The notes beneath the pieces are model-generated. The model ran no database searches and was not told the DNA's origin. It was given only the letters and a program-made list of their open reading frames with translations. Below, piece by piece: positions 52,989 to 62,119 of a DNA stretch of 64,000 bases. Origin of the DNA: Kiloniellaceae bacterium (lineage in GTDB: Bacteria > Pseudomonadota > Alphaproteobacteria > Kiloniellales > J153). The stretch covers positions 30,922-94,921 of the forward strand of contig JAJFGL010000016.1 of assembly GCA_021776135.1 (NCBI GenBank), in the 5' to 3' direction. The translations under genes and the position numbers were made by a program. Position 1 is the stretch's first letter. The number at the start of each line of letters is the position of its first letter.

Positions 52989-53474
52989 ATGATACCGACC
53001 ACCCTTGAAGGCGTTTTGCGCTTTCTCGCCCGCCGCCGGACCGTGCGCGAGTTAGAGCGCTTGGATGGCCATATGCTCGCCGACATCGGGCTGGCGCGCG
53101 GCGATATACACCGCGTGGCGGCCGATGCCAGCGGCACCCCCGTGCTGACCAACATGCCGATTTGGGCCGCCTGGCTGTCGCAGTTACAGCGCGCCTCGGC
53201 GCGTGCGGGCTTGGTTCGCAGTCTGCACCGCTTGCCCGACCATGTCCTGAAAGACATCGGTATCCCGCGCGGGGAAATCGAAGCCTCGGTTTACCGCACC
53301 ATGGCCGAAACCCCGGCCCAGGCTAAGGCGCCGCGGACCAGGACGTTTCATATTTCACCGGTTCACGGTCTTCTGGCCCGCATCGAAGCCGCCACTTGGC
53401 CGTTCCGGCGCGCCCAGGAGCGCCGCCCGGCCGGGGCCGCGAACAGCAACCGCGCCCAGGCGGAAGTCGCCTAA
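52989..53474 (+). CDS. Protein with two tandem DUF1127-like motifs
   Basis: RRRTVRELERLDGHMLADIGLARGDI and a second copy LVRSLHRLPDHVLKDIGIPRGEI. ATG 52989 follows GGAG; the track ORF starts at 52974. Confidence 0.65.
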   Translation: MIPTTLEGVLRFLARRRTVRELERLDGHMLADIGLARGDIHRVAADASGTPVLTNMPIWAAWLSQLQRASARAGLVRSLHRLPDHVLKDIGIPRGEIEASVYRTMAETPAQAKAPRTRTFHISPVHGLLARIEAATWPFRRAQERRPAGAANSNRAQAEVA

Positions 53475-53496
53475 ACGCGATTTCCTGTGGAACCAC

Positions 53497-53533
53497 AAAG
53501 CGGCGGTCCTTTAAGGGGCCGCCGCTTTCTTTT
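53497..53533. terminator. Bidirectional rho-independent terminator between the convergent DUF1127 gene and prmA
   Basis: AAAGCGGCGG (53497-53506) pairs with CCGCCGCTTT (53519-53528). A-rich on the left, TTTCTTTT on the right. Confidence 0.65.
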
Positions 53534-54413
53534 ACGCCCCCGCCGTCATTACCAGGACCGACCACTCGCCAAGCCTGATATGGCGTAACAGGCGCAGCGC
53601 GCCGTGGCTTTCGATCACGTCTTGCGCTTGATCGCCCAGCAGGCCGGAAAGCACCGCGATCCCACCAGGCGCCAGATTGCGGATCGTATCCGGGGCCATG
53701 AGGCATAGCGGCCCGGCCAGGATGTTCGCGGTTATCAGGTCGTAGGGCGCCCCTTCCCCTACGGCCGGGCAGTCATATCCGTCCCCCAACTCGGCCCGCA
53801 CCAGATCCTGAACCCGGTTGATGCTGGCGTTTTCCCCGGTCAGGCGCACGGCGTCGGGATCGTTATCCACGGCCAGGACCGGCGCGCGCCACAGCTTGGC
53901 CATCGCCAGGGCCAGAATGCCGGTGCCGCAACCCATGTCGAGGGCGCGGGCGACGGCGTGGCTAGGCGCGATCCCCGCCAGGGCCTCGAGACAGCCGTGG
54001 GTGGTCTCATGCTGCCCGGTGCCGAAGGCCAGGCTGGCCTCGATCCGGATCGGGATTGCGCCAGGCGGCGGCGCCTCGCGCACATGTTCGCCGAAGATAT
54101 AGAAGGGCCCAACATGGACCGGCGGCAGGGCCTTGCGTCCTTCCGCGACCCAATCGAGGTCCGGCAAGCGGGCGATGTCGAAGTCCGGTAGCGCTATCCC
54201 CGCCCTGAGAGCCGCCGCTGACAGCAGCGCCGTTACCTGGGCGCGATCGGGTTCTTGATCCGAGTAGGAAGTAAGCGCCACTTGGCCGTCCGGTCCCGGC
54301 ACATCGCTGGAAATGGCGCCGCCAAGTTGTTCCAGCGCCGCCTCGAAAGCGCTAACCGCGGCCTCGGGAATCCGCAACCGCAAGTGCCAAGCCGGCCCCC
54401 GGCCGCCCACCAT
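53532..54413 (-). CDS. prmA: Ribosomal protein L11 methyltransferase
   Basis: PrmA layout with the SAM motif LDMGCGTGILALA, and ITANILA. Confidence 0.85.
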   Translation of the reverse strand: MVGGRGPAWHLRLRIPEAAVSAFEAALEQLGGAISSDVPGPDGQVALTSYSDQEPDRAQVTALLSAAALRAGIALPDFDIARLPDLDWVAEGRKALPPVHVGPFYIFGEHVREAPPPGAIPIRIEASLAFGTGQHETTHGCLEALAGIAPSHAVARALDMGCGTGILALAMAKLWRAPVLAVDNDPDAVRLTGENASINRVQDLVRAELGDGYDCPAVGEGAPYDLITANILAGPLCLMAPDTIRNLAPGGIAVLSGLLGDQAQDVIESHGALRLLRHIRLGEWSVLVMTAGA

Positions 54414-54416
54414 GCT

Positions 54417-56714
54417 TTAACCGGCCCCCCCGGCGGGCTGGACGAAGCTGGCGATGACCTTCTTGCGCCCGGCCTTATCGAATTCGATGTCCAGGCGGTC
54501 GCCTTCGAGCTTCATGACCCGGCCGTAACCGAACTTCTGGTGAAACACGCGGCTGCCCTTAGCGAAGCCGTCCCCGCTTGGGGTCTCGATAACCTGGGCC
54601 GTGACCTCGATAAAACTATCGCGCCCCTTGGCCCTTTGACGGGCCCGTTCCATGCCGGGGCTCCAACGCTCGCTGGACGCCCCGGACGCCATGGATTCCG
54701 CCAGGCCGGAGCCGAAACCGTAACCGCTGGCGGTGGCGCCGTAGAGACCGGAATCGCTTTCCACCTCGATATGTTCCTTGGGCAACTCGTCGATGAAGCG
54801 CGAGGGAATCGCGGGTGCCCAGGACCCGTGCATGAGCCGATTGGCCGCGAAGCTGATAATCGCCCGGGTGCGCGCCCGGGTCAGGCCGACATAGGCCAGG
54901 CGGCGTTCTTCCTCCAGGGCCCGCAGGCCGGATTCGTCCAGGGAGCGCTGGCTGGGAAACAAGCCTTCCTCCCATCCGGGCAGGAACACGGTATCGAACT
55001 CCAAGCCCTTGGCGGCATGAAGGGTCATTATGCTGACCATGTCCTGGCCTTCGGATTCGATCAGTTCCATGACCAGGGCGACATGTTCCAGAAAGCCTTC
55101 CAGGGTGTCGAACTCGGCCATGGCATTGATGAGTTCCTTGAGGTTTTCCAGCCGTCCCGGCGCGTCGGGCGCCTTGTCGTTTTGCCACATGGCGGTATAG
55201 CCGGACTCGTCGAGCAGGATTTCCGCCAGCTCCGGATGCGGCGTGGTGTCGATCAGGCCGCGCCAACGATCGAAATTGGCGAGGAAATCGGCCAGGGACC
55301 GGCGCGCGGCGGGGCGCAGCTCATCGGTTTCCACCATACGCCGCGCGGACTCGTACAAGGAAATTCCGGCGGCCCGCGCCAAGGTGTGCAAGTGGCGCAA
55401 GGTCACATCGCCCAGGCCGCGCTTGGGCTTGTTCAAGATGCGCTCGAACGCCAAATCGTGACGGGGCGAGACAAGGAGTTTCAGATAGGCCAGCGCGTCG
55501 CGCACCTCCAGACGCTCGTAAAAACGCGCGCCCCCGACAACCCGGTATGGCAGGCCCAGAGTAATGAAGCGTTCCTCGAAGGCGCGGGTCTGGGCGCCGG
55601 TGCGCACCAAAATCGCCATTTCCGATAGGGCCAGGCCCTTGCGCTGCCGGTCCTCGATCTCCTCGCCCACGAAACGGGCCTCGGCATCGCCGTCCCAAAG
55701 GCCGCGCAGGCGGACTTTTTCGCCCTCCTCGCCCTCGGTCCAGAGGGTCTTGCCCAAGCGGCCCTTGTTGTGGGCGATCAGGCCCGAGGCGGCGGCGAGA
55801 ATAGAGCCGGTGGAGCGGTAGTTACGCTCCAGGCGGACCACCTTGGCGCCGGGAAAATCGGTCTCGAAGCGCAGGATGTTATCGACCTCGGCCCCGCGCC
55901 AACCGTAGATCGACTGATCGTCGTCGCCCACGCAGCAGATGTTCTTGTGGCCCTGGGCGAGCAGCCGCAGCCACAGGTATTGGCCGACGTTGATGTCCTG
56001 ATACTCGTCCACCAGCAGGTAGCGAAAGCGCCGGTGGTAATCTTCCAAGATATCCGGGCAGGTCTGAAACAGGGTCAGATTGTGCAGCATCAGATCGCCG
56101 AAATCGCAGGCGTTCAGGGTCCGCAGGCGGTCCTGATAGGCTTCGTAAAGCGCCAGCAGGCGGCGGCCGGATAGCTCCGCGCCCAAACCGCCCGCTTGCC
56201 CGCCCGGCACCTTATCGGGCGTCAGGCCCTTGTCCTTCCAGGCTTGGATAACCCCAAGCACGGCGCGGACCGGGGCTTTCTTATCCTCGATACCCTCGGC
56301 CGCCATGATCTGCTTGAGCAGGCGTTGCTGATCGTCGGTGTCGAGGATGGTGAAATCGCTCCGCAAGCCGATCCGTTCCGCATGGCGGCGCAGGATACGC
56401 GCGGCGGTGGCGTGAAAGGTGCCGAGCCACCAGCCCTCGACCGGGCGTTGAAGCAGGGCCGCCACCCGTTCGCGCATCTCGCGCGCCGCCTTGTTGGTGA
56501 AGGTCACGGCCAGGATCTGCCCCGGCGTGGCCCGGCCGGTGACCAGCAAATGCCCAAGGCGCGTGGTCAAGGCGCGGGTCTTGCCGGTGCCGGCCCCGGC
56601 CAGGACCAGAACCGGGCCGTCCAGGGTTTCCACCGCCTCGCGCTGAGCCTCGTTCAAGGCCGCGAGGTAGGGAAAGCGGCTATCGGAGGGTTGAATTTGA
56701 GTCGGTTCCGGCAT
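54417..56714 (-). CDS. uvrD: ATP-dependent DNA helicase, UvrD/PcrA family
   Basis: LNEAQREAV, Walker A AGAGTGKTRAL, LLVDEYQD.N, YRS, T.H.AKGLEF, VG.TRA. Confidence 0.9.
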   Translation of the reverse strand: MPEPTQIQPSDSRFPYLAALNEAQREAVETLDGPVLVLAGAGTGKTRALTTRLGHLLVTGRATPGQILAVTFTNKAAREMRERVAALLQRPVEGWWLGTFHATAARILRRHAERIGLRSDFTILDTDDQQRLLKQIMAAEGIEDKKAPVRAVLGVIQAWKDKGLTPDKVPGGQAGGLGAELSGRRLLALYEAYQDRLRTLNACDFGDLMLHNLTLFQTCPDILEDYHRRFRYLLVDEYQDINVGQYLWLRLLAQGHKNICCVGDDDQSIYGWRGAEVDNILRFETDFPGAKVVRLERNYRSTGSILAAASGLIAHNKGRLGKTLWTEGEEGEKVRLRGLWDGDAEARFVGEEIEDRQRKGLALSEMAILVRTGAQTRAFEERFITLGLPYRVVGGARFYERLEVRDALAYLKLLVSPRHDLAFERILNKPKRGLGDVTLRHLHTLARAAGISLYESARRMVETDELRPAARRSLADFLANFDRWRGLIDTTPHPELAEILLDESGYTAMWQNDKAPDAPGRLENLKELINAMAEFDTLEGFLEHVALVMELIESEGQDMVSIMTLHAAKGLEFDTVFLPGWEEGLFPSQRSLDESGLRALEEERRLAYVGLTRARTRAIISFAANRLMHGSWAPAIPSRFIDELPKEHIEVESDSGLYGATASGYGFGSGLAESMASGASSERWSPGMERARQRAKGRDSFIEVTAQVIETPSGDGFAKGSRVFHQKFGYGRVMKLEGDRLDIEFDKAGRKKVIASFVQPAGGAG

Positions 56715-56767
56715 GCGGCCAATGTATATAATGCCCAGATAGCCGCAAGCGGGAGTCTCTCATTTAC

Positions 56768-57388
56768 ATGACCCAGATATGTCAATCGCATGATGCGGGC
56801 CATGACTTGGTATGTCTTTTGGATGCCGCCGCCGGTATCTATGGCGCGCCGGGCGATCCTACCGCCCTGGCCATCGAGAAAGGCCTGCGCCGGGCCCGCA
56901 CCTTGACCGGGCGGACGCCGGGCGGTCCGCCGGCGGCCCTGAAATTCCTGCCCCAGGTTTTGTCGGCCTTGCCGCCAGGCCCCCTGGCCGGACCGGTCCG
57001 CGCCTGCGCCGGGTCCCTGCCCTGGGCCGACCGATCCTTGGCCAAGTCGGATGGCATGGCGGGCAGCCGCGCCTATGTGGAGATCGCGGGACCGGATGGG
57101 GTGGTGCTGAGCGATGCCTTGCGTTTCGGGCTCTATCTGCAATCGCCCGGGCACTTCTATCCATCGCACAATCACGAGGCGGCTGAGCGCTATCACACGC
57201 TGAGCGGCACGTCGGAATGGCAGAAGGACGATGCCCCCTTTCAAGTCATGGCCCCCGGCACCACGATCCTTCACGCCCCCTGGCAACGCCATGCCACGAA
57301 AACCGGGCGCGAGGCGCTGCTGTCCCTCTGGGTCTGGACCGGCAATCTGGATTTCGGGACTTACCGTATCTACGACAGCCGGCCGTAA
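56768..57388 (+). CDS. Cupin-fold protein, DddL-like (DMSP-lyase family) by motif
   Basis: Complete cupin motif 1, G-X5-H-X-H-X3-E-X6-G (GHFYPSHNHEAAERYHTLSG), and a second His in HAPWQRHAT. The DddL family assignment is from memory and was not searched. Confidence 0.5.
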   Translation: MTQICQSHDAGHDLVCLLDAAAGIYGAPGDPTALAIEKGLRRARTLTGRTPGGPPAALKFLPQVLSALPPGPLAGPVRACAGSLPWADRSLAKSDGMAGSRAYVEIAGPDGVVLSDALRFGLYLQSPGHFYPSHNHEAAERYHTLSGTSEWQKDDAPFQVMAPGTTILHAPWQRHATKTGREALLSLWVWTGNLDFGTYRIYDSRP

Positions 57389-58155
57389 AACGTCATCCTG
57401 GAGGCTTCGGAGAGCGCGATACCGGGCTGGGAATTGTACGCCAGCACCGCCAACAAGCGGGTGCGCTCGCCTTCCACCGGCGCGACCCGGTGGATGGCGT
57501 CGCGGCCCCGGAACAAGGCCAGGGCGCCGGCATTCATGGTCAGGCGTTTCGCTTCGATCTTGCCATCCAAAACCTGTTCCACGCCGGGAAAATTCATCTC
57601 GCCCCGATCCGCGTTCCGCATGGCTTCGATGTATTCGAAAGAACCGCCACTTTCCGATTCCTGAATCATGAGCGTGATGGCAAAGGAGGAATTGTCGAAA
57701 TGCCAACCCAGTTCCTGGCCCGGCTCGGTGTAGTTCAGGTTGACCGACGATAAGGGGTCGACATATTCGTACAAAGCCGCCTCGCCCAAAACCGTGCAGA
57801 GAAACTCCCGAAATACCGGCGCGTCATAGACGAAACGAAGGCACGAATCCGGCGGGACGATATCGTCGGTGATACAGCCCAGGGACGAGCTCACGATCCG
57901 ATTGCGCGGATGATCGGCGGCGAACGCCGGATCGGGCGGGGTCACGTAAACGTTATGTTCCTTGGTGCAGTAATACACGCTGTGGCGATGGGCCTCGCCC
58001 TCGCGGCGGATGGCCTCGACCGCGTCCGGCCGCAAGAACCCCGGCAAGACCAGGGCCCCGTCCGCGTTCAAGGCATCGCGGCAGCGGGCGCGGAATGCGA
58101 GGTCGTCCAAGGGATAGGCCCCGGTATCGACAATCTGGTTCAAGGGCATTTTCAT
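57370..58155 (-). CDS. Fe(II)/2-oxoglutarate-dependent oxygenase (P4H-like or HalD/BesD-like hydroxylase type)
   Basis: Facial triad H-x-D (GWHFDN) with a distal His (AIHRVAP) and Arg (RTRLLAV). Trimmed to ATG 58155. The 3' end overlaps the cupin gene by 19 nt. Confidence 0.65.
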   Translation of the reverse strand: MKMPLNQIVDTGAYPLDDLAFRARCRDALNADGALVLPGFLRPDAVEAIRREGEAHRHSVYYCTKEHNVYVTPPDPAFAADHPRNRIVSSSLGCITDDIVPPDSCLRFVYDAPVFREFLCTVLGEAALYEYVDPLSSVNLNYTEPGQELGWHFDNSSFAITLMIQESESGGSFEYIEAMRNADRGEMNFPGVEQVLDGKIEAKRLTMNAGALALFRGRDAIHRVAPVEGERTRLLAVLAYNSQPGIALSEASRMTFYGRLS

Positions 58156-58273
58156 GGCGAAAATATTTCGCTCCACGCGGCCATAAGTCAATAGATACAT
58201 TCCGCGCTTGACCGGGACGCGGGGCGCCCTCTTGAATGACGGCCAAGGTAAAACCTTCATTGGAGACTAGCCC

Positions 58274-59416
58274 ATGACCCGGCGCATCGAGCGTCACCGC
58301 CTTCACGGCTCCACCCCCGGCACCGCGCGCGAGGTGATCGCCCGCCGTTACGGCGCGGCGGGCGCACGGCCCAAGGCTTATGTTCAGGCCGCCCTCCATG
58401 CCGACGAGACCCCGGCCCTCTTGACCGCGCATCACCTGGCCCGCTTGCTCGACGAAGCCGAGGGGCGGGGCGAGGTTTCGGGCGAGATCGTCCTGGTCCC
58501 CTACGCCAACCCCATCGGCCTGTCGCAGTTCGTCTGGGGCCGCCATCTGGGCCGGGACGAGATTTCCGGCGGCGGCAACTTCAACCGCAACTGGCCCGAT
58601 ATCCCGGCGCTTCTGGGCGCGTGCTTGGACGGCAAGCTGAGCGATGAGCCGGAGGCCAACGTGAGCGTCATCCGCGCCGCCATGAACGCAGCCCTGGCCG
58701 CCGAGACGCCGCGCGACGAATTGCACAGTCTACGCCTGATCCTGGCGCGCCTGGCCGCCGATGCCGATCTGGTTTTCGATCTGCACTGCGACGACGAAGC
58801 CCTCATGCACCTGTTCCTGATCCCGGCGCATTGGCCCGAGGGCCAGGATATCGCCGCCGATCTTGGTTGCGAAGCGGTTCTGCTGGCCGCCGATTCGGGC
58901 GGCGCTTCCTTCGACGAGACATTCTCGACCCCCTGGACCTATCTGGCGGAAAAATACCCGGACCATCCGATTCCCGCCGCCTGCCTGGCCGGCACGGTGG
59001 AGCTGCGCGGGCAAAGCGATGTCGAGGACACCTTGGCCGAGGCCGACGCGGCGGCTTTATTCCGCGTCCTGCAACGCCGGGGCATGATCGCGGGCGATCC
59101 CGGCCCGGCGCCGGAACCGCGGTGCGACGCGACCCGGCTGGACGCCTGCGAAGTCTTGCGCGCGCCGGCGTCCGGCGTGGCCGCCTATGCGGTGGACCTG
59201 GGCGCCCAGGTGCGCGAGGGCGATATCGTCGCCTGGATCGTCGATCCGGCGGCCGAGGATCCGGCGAACGCGCGCCTGGCCGTGCGCGCGGGCACGGACG
59301 GCCTGATCCTGTCGCGCCGCGACCGCCGCTATGTCCTGCCCGGCATGACCCTGGCCAAGATCGTCGGCACGCAGACCCTGCCCGAGCGTCTTGGCGGGAC
59401 CTTGTTGGAGAATTGA
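58274..59416 (+). CDS. Succinylglutamate desuccinylase/aspartoacylase (AstE/AspA, M14-like) family deacylase
   Basis: Zn-ligand region QAALHADETPAL, then NP.G...R..NR.WP; length about 380 aa. Confidence 0.7.
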   Translation: MTRRIERHRLHGSTPGTAREVIARRYGAAGARPKAYVQAALHADETPALLTAHHLARLLDEAEGRGEVSGEIVLVPYANPIGLSQFVWGRHLGRDEISGGGNFNRNWPDIPALLGACLDGKLSDEPEANVSVIRAAMNAALAAETPRDELHSLRLILARLAADADLVFDLHCDDEALMHLFLIPAHWPEGQDIAADLGCEAVLLAADSGGASFDETFSTPWTYLAEKYPDHPIPAACLAGTVELRGQSDVEDTLAEADAAALFRVLQRRGMIAGDPGPAPEPRCDATRLDACEVLRAPASGVAAYAVDLGAQVREGDIVAWIVDPAAEDPANARLAVRAGTDGLILSRRDRRYVLPGMTLAKIVGTQTLPERLGGTLLEN

Positions 59417-59429
59417 CACCAAGCCCCCC

Positions 59430-60191
59430 ATGAAAATCTTTTCAAAAACCGCGGCGGCTGTGTGCGCGGCTCTGCCGCTTCTGCCCATGAAGGACGTGCA
59501 CGCGCAGATTCCGGTCGCCATCGAACTCGTTCTCGCGGTCGATACGTCGCGAAGCGTCGACGGCTTTGAGTACCGTCTCTTGATGAAGGGGATCGCCAGC
59601 GCTTTCCGGCGGCCTGAAACCATCGCCTTGATCGAACAGCTGGACGGTGTGGCCGTGACCCTCTTCCAATGGAACTCCAGGGTCGACGAGCGTTACATGA
59701 TCCCTTGGCATCTATTGCAAGACCGGGCCAGCGTTATGTCGTTCGCCGCCAAGGTGGAAGCCGCCGAACGCGACCCGCATCGTCTCTTTACCGCGATCGG
59801 CGGGGCCATAGACTTCGGGGTTCGTCAAATAACCGGAAACGCTTTCGAAGGCCGCCAGTTGAAGATCGACGTATCGGGCGACGGCCGCAACAATACCGGC
59901 ATCTCCCCCTCTATCCCTCGGCAAGAGGCGGATAGCCTGGGAATCGTGATCAACGGCCTACCCATCGTCACCCATACCTACAATAACGCCTACGACCTCA
60001 ACCAATACTACCGCGAACATGTCATTAGCGGCCCAGGCGCCTTCGTCGAGACCGCCAAGGATTACGACGACTTCGCCCGCGCCTTTCTGCGTAAACTGCA
60101 ACGCGAAATGTCCCCCCTGGTAGGCCGGGAAAATTCCGCGCCGCGCGCACCGGTTCAAGAAGCGCGCGCGGGCCAAGAGAGTATCCACTGA
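59430..60191 (+). CDS. Periplasmic vWA-like protein, DUF1194 family
   Basis: Signal peptide, then MIDAS-like LVLAVDTSRSVD, DVSGDG.NN, and INGLPI. Confidence 0.65.
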   Translation: MKIFSKTAAAVCAALPLLPMKDVHAQIPVAIELVLAVDTSRSVDGFEYRLLMKGIASAFRRPETIALIEQLDGVAVTLFQWNSRVDERYMIPWHLLQDRASVMSFAAKVEAAERDPHRLFTAIGGAIDFGVRQITGNAFEGRQLKIDVSGDGRNNTGISPSIPRQEADSLGIVINGLPIVTHTYNNAYDLNQYYREHVISGPGAFVETAKDYDDFARAFLRKLQREMSPLVGRENSAPRAPVQEARAGQESIH

Positions 60192-60519
60192 GAGTTATTC
60201 GACGCATCCCCGATGACAGCCAGAGACAAACAACACGATATTTGGATTGCCGAACATACGACTGGCCACGGCGTCCCCACCACAAACCGTGGGCGTGTTT
60301 CTAGCTGCGTTGTTCGGCGCCGCGATGCGACCGGGATGGATACGCCACCGTTTCCGAGTCGGGATTGATCGATCGGTGTTTTTCGGCCTCCCTGCTCAAA
60401 AAAACTTACAGCCGATGGGAGATTCTTCATCTCGACAAAATTGAAAAGAGAGACACCTTTTTTGGGCGTGAATACGAGAGACGCTTGTGGTGGCTACTCG
60501 CACGAAAAAAGGATAATTG

Positions 60520-60906
60520 ATGATTGACCATATGGGAATAACGGTTAGTAACATCGAAAAAAGCACCGCCTTTTACACCAAAGCCCTGGGATCTCTTGGT
60601 TATGTTATCGGTAAGAAAAATCCCACGTCGGTTAGCTTTGGCGTTTGGGAAGGGCATGGCCGAAGCGCCGACCCGGGTGGCGACTTCTGGATATCCGAAG
60701 GCACGCCCATGACGCCGCGCCCCCACTTCGCTTTCAATGCGGCTTCACGGGCGGATGTCGAGGCTTTCCACGCCGCGGCGCTAGCCGCCGGCGGTTTTGA
60801 CAACGGCGCACCGGAACTTCGAGCGCATTATCATCCCACTTACTATGCGGCCTATGCGCTCGATCCCGACGGCTACAATGTCGAGGCCGTTTGCCATTCT
60901 CGATGA
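60520..60906 (+). CDS. VOC (glyoxalase/bleomycin-resistance) family protein
   Basis: IDHMGITVSNIEKSTAFY...HFAF...DPDGYNVEAV. ATG 60520 follows AAGGA. GC is lower than in neighbouring genes. Confidence 0.8.
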   Translation: MIDHMGITVSNIEKSTAFYTKALGSLGYVIGKKNPTSVSFGVWEGHGRSADPGGDFWISEGTPMTPRPHFAFNAASRADVEAFHAAALAAGGFDNGAPELRAHYHPTYYAAYALDPDGYNVEAVCHSR

Positions 60907-61032
60907 GTCTTCTGGCGACCGCTGGAGCCCCGCCCAAGGCCCGTCATTGTTAGCGGGAGTACATATCGGTAGCCTTCGCCTCACGGATAGGGTTTAATCG
61001 GCGATACACATAAAAAACCAAGGGGCATTCAC

Positions 61033-62028
61033 ATGCGTATCTTCAAGTATTTAGCGGGCGGCCTGGGCGCCGTATTTCTGCTTTCATCGCCGGTTCATGC
61101 TTCCTGCGAGGCGGGCGAAATCGTCATTAAATTCAGCCACGTAACCAACACCGACAAGCATCCCAAGGGCATCGCCGCGTCGCTCCTGGAGAAGCGCGTG
61201 AACGAAGAGATGAACGGCACGGCCTGCATGGAGGTGTTCCCCAACTCCCAGCTATACAACGACAACAAGGTGCTGGAGGCGATCCTGCTGGGCGATGTCC
61301 AGATGGCCGCGCCCTCGCTATCCAAGTTCGAGAAATTCACCAAGAAGTTTCGTATCTTCGACCTGCCTTTCCTGTTCAAGGACATTGAGGCGGTGGAGGG
61401 CTTTCAGGCCTCCGACGCGGGCCAGAAGCTGCTCAACTCCATGCGCCGCAAGGGGCTTCAGGGCCTCGCCTATTGGCATAACGGCTTGAAGCAACTCTCC
61501 GCCACCAAGCCCTTGCTGGTGCCCGCCGACGCCAAGGGTTTGAAGTTCAGGATTCAAGCCTCCGACGTGCTCAAGGCCCAGTTCGAGGCGGTCGGCGCCA
61601 ATCCACAGAAGATGTCCTTCTCCGAGGTCTACGGCTCATTGCAAACCGGGGTCATAGACGGGCAGGAGAACACCTGGTCGAACATCTACGGCAAGAAGTT
61701 CTTCGAGGTCCAGGACGGCGTGACCGAATCCAACCACGGCATCATCGACTATCTGGTCGTGACCTCCAGGGAGTGGTGGGACGGCTTGCCGGGCGATGTG
61801 CGCGACCAGTTGGCGGGGATTCTCGCCAAGGTCACGGCGGAGCGTAACGCCGAGTCGACCGCGATCAACGAAGAGAACAAGCAACTGATCGTCAAGGCCG
61901 GCTCCGAGGTGCGGAAACTCACGTCCGCGCAGCGCGCCATGTGGGTGGAAGCGATGAAACCGGTCTGGAAACAATTCGAAGGCGATATCGGCGCCGATCT
62001 GATTAAATCCGCGCAGTCCACCAACTAA
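61033..62028 (+). CDS. dctP: TRAP transporter substrate-binding protein, DctP (C4-dicarboxylate) type
   Basis: Signal peptide, then IKFSHV...PKG, LLGDVQMAAPSLSKFEKFTKKFRIFDLPFLF, and YWHNGLKQLS. Confidence 0.85.
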   Translation: MRIFKYLAGGLGAVFLLSSPVHASCEAGEIVIKFSHVTNTDKHPKGIAASLLEKRVNEEMNGTACMEVFPNSQLYNDNKVLEAILLGDVQMAAPSLSKFEKFTKKFRIFDLPFLFKDIEAVEGFQASDAGQKLLNSMRRKGLQGLAYWHNGLKQLSATKPLLVPADAKGLKFRIQASDVLKAQFEAVGANPQKMSFSEVYGSLQTGVIDGQENTWSNIYGKKFFEVQDGVTESNHGIIDYLVVTSREWWDGLPGDVRDQLAGILAKVTAERNAESTAINEENKQLIVKAGSEVRKLTSAQRAMWVEAMKPVWKQFEGDIGADLIKSAQSTN

Positions 62029-62046
62029 GCCCACGGAGTAAACCGG

Positions 62047-62085
62047 GGCGCGGAAACGGGCGAAGACCGAGCCCGTTTCCGCGCC
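62047..62085 (+). other. Perfect 15-bp intercistronic stem-loop between dctP and dctQ
   Basis: GGCGCGGAAACGGGC (62047-62061) pairs with GCCCGTTTCCGCGCC (62071-62085). 9-nt loop, no U-tract. Confidence 0.8.
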
Positions 62086-62119
62086 AAGCCCGGCGGGACC
62101 GATAGCAGGGGAGGTTCGC

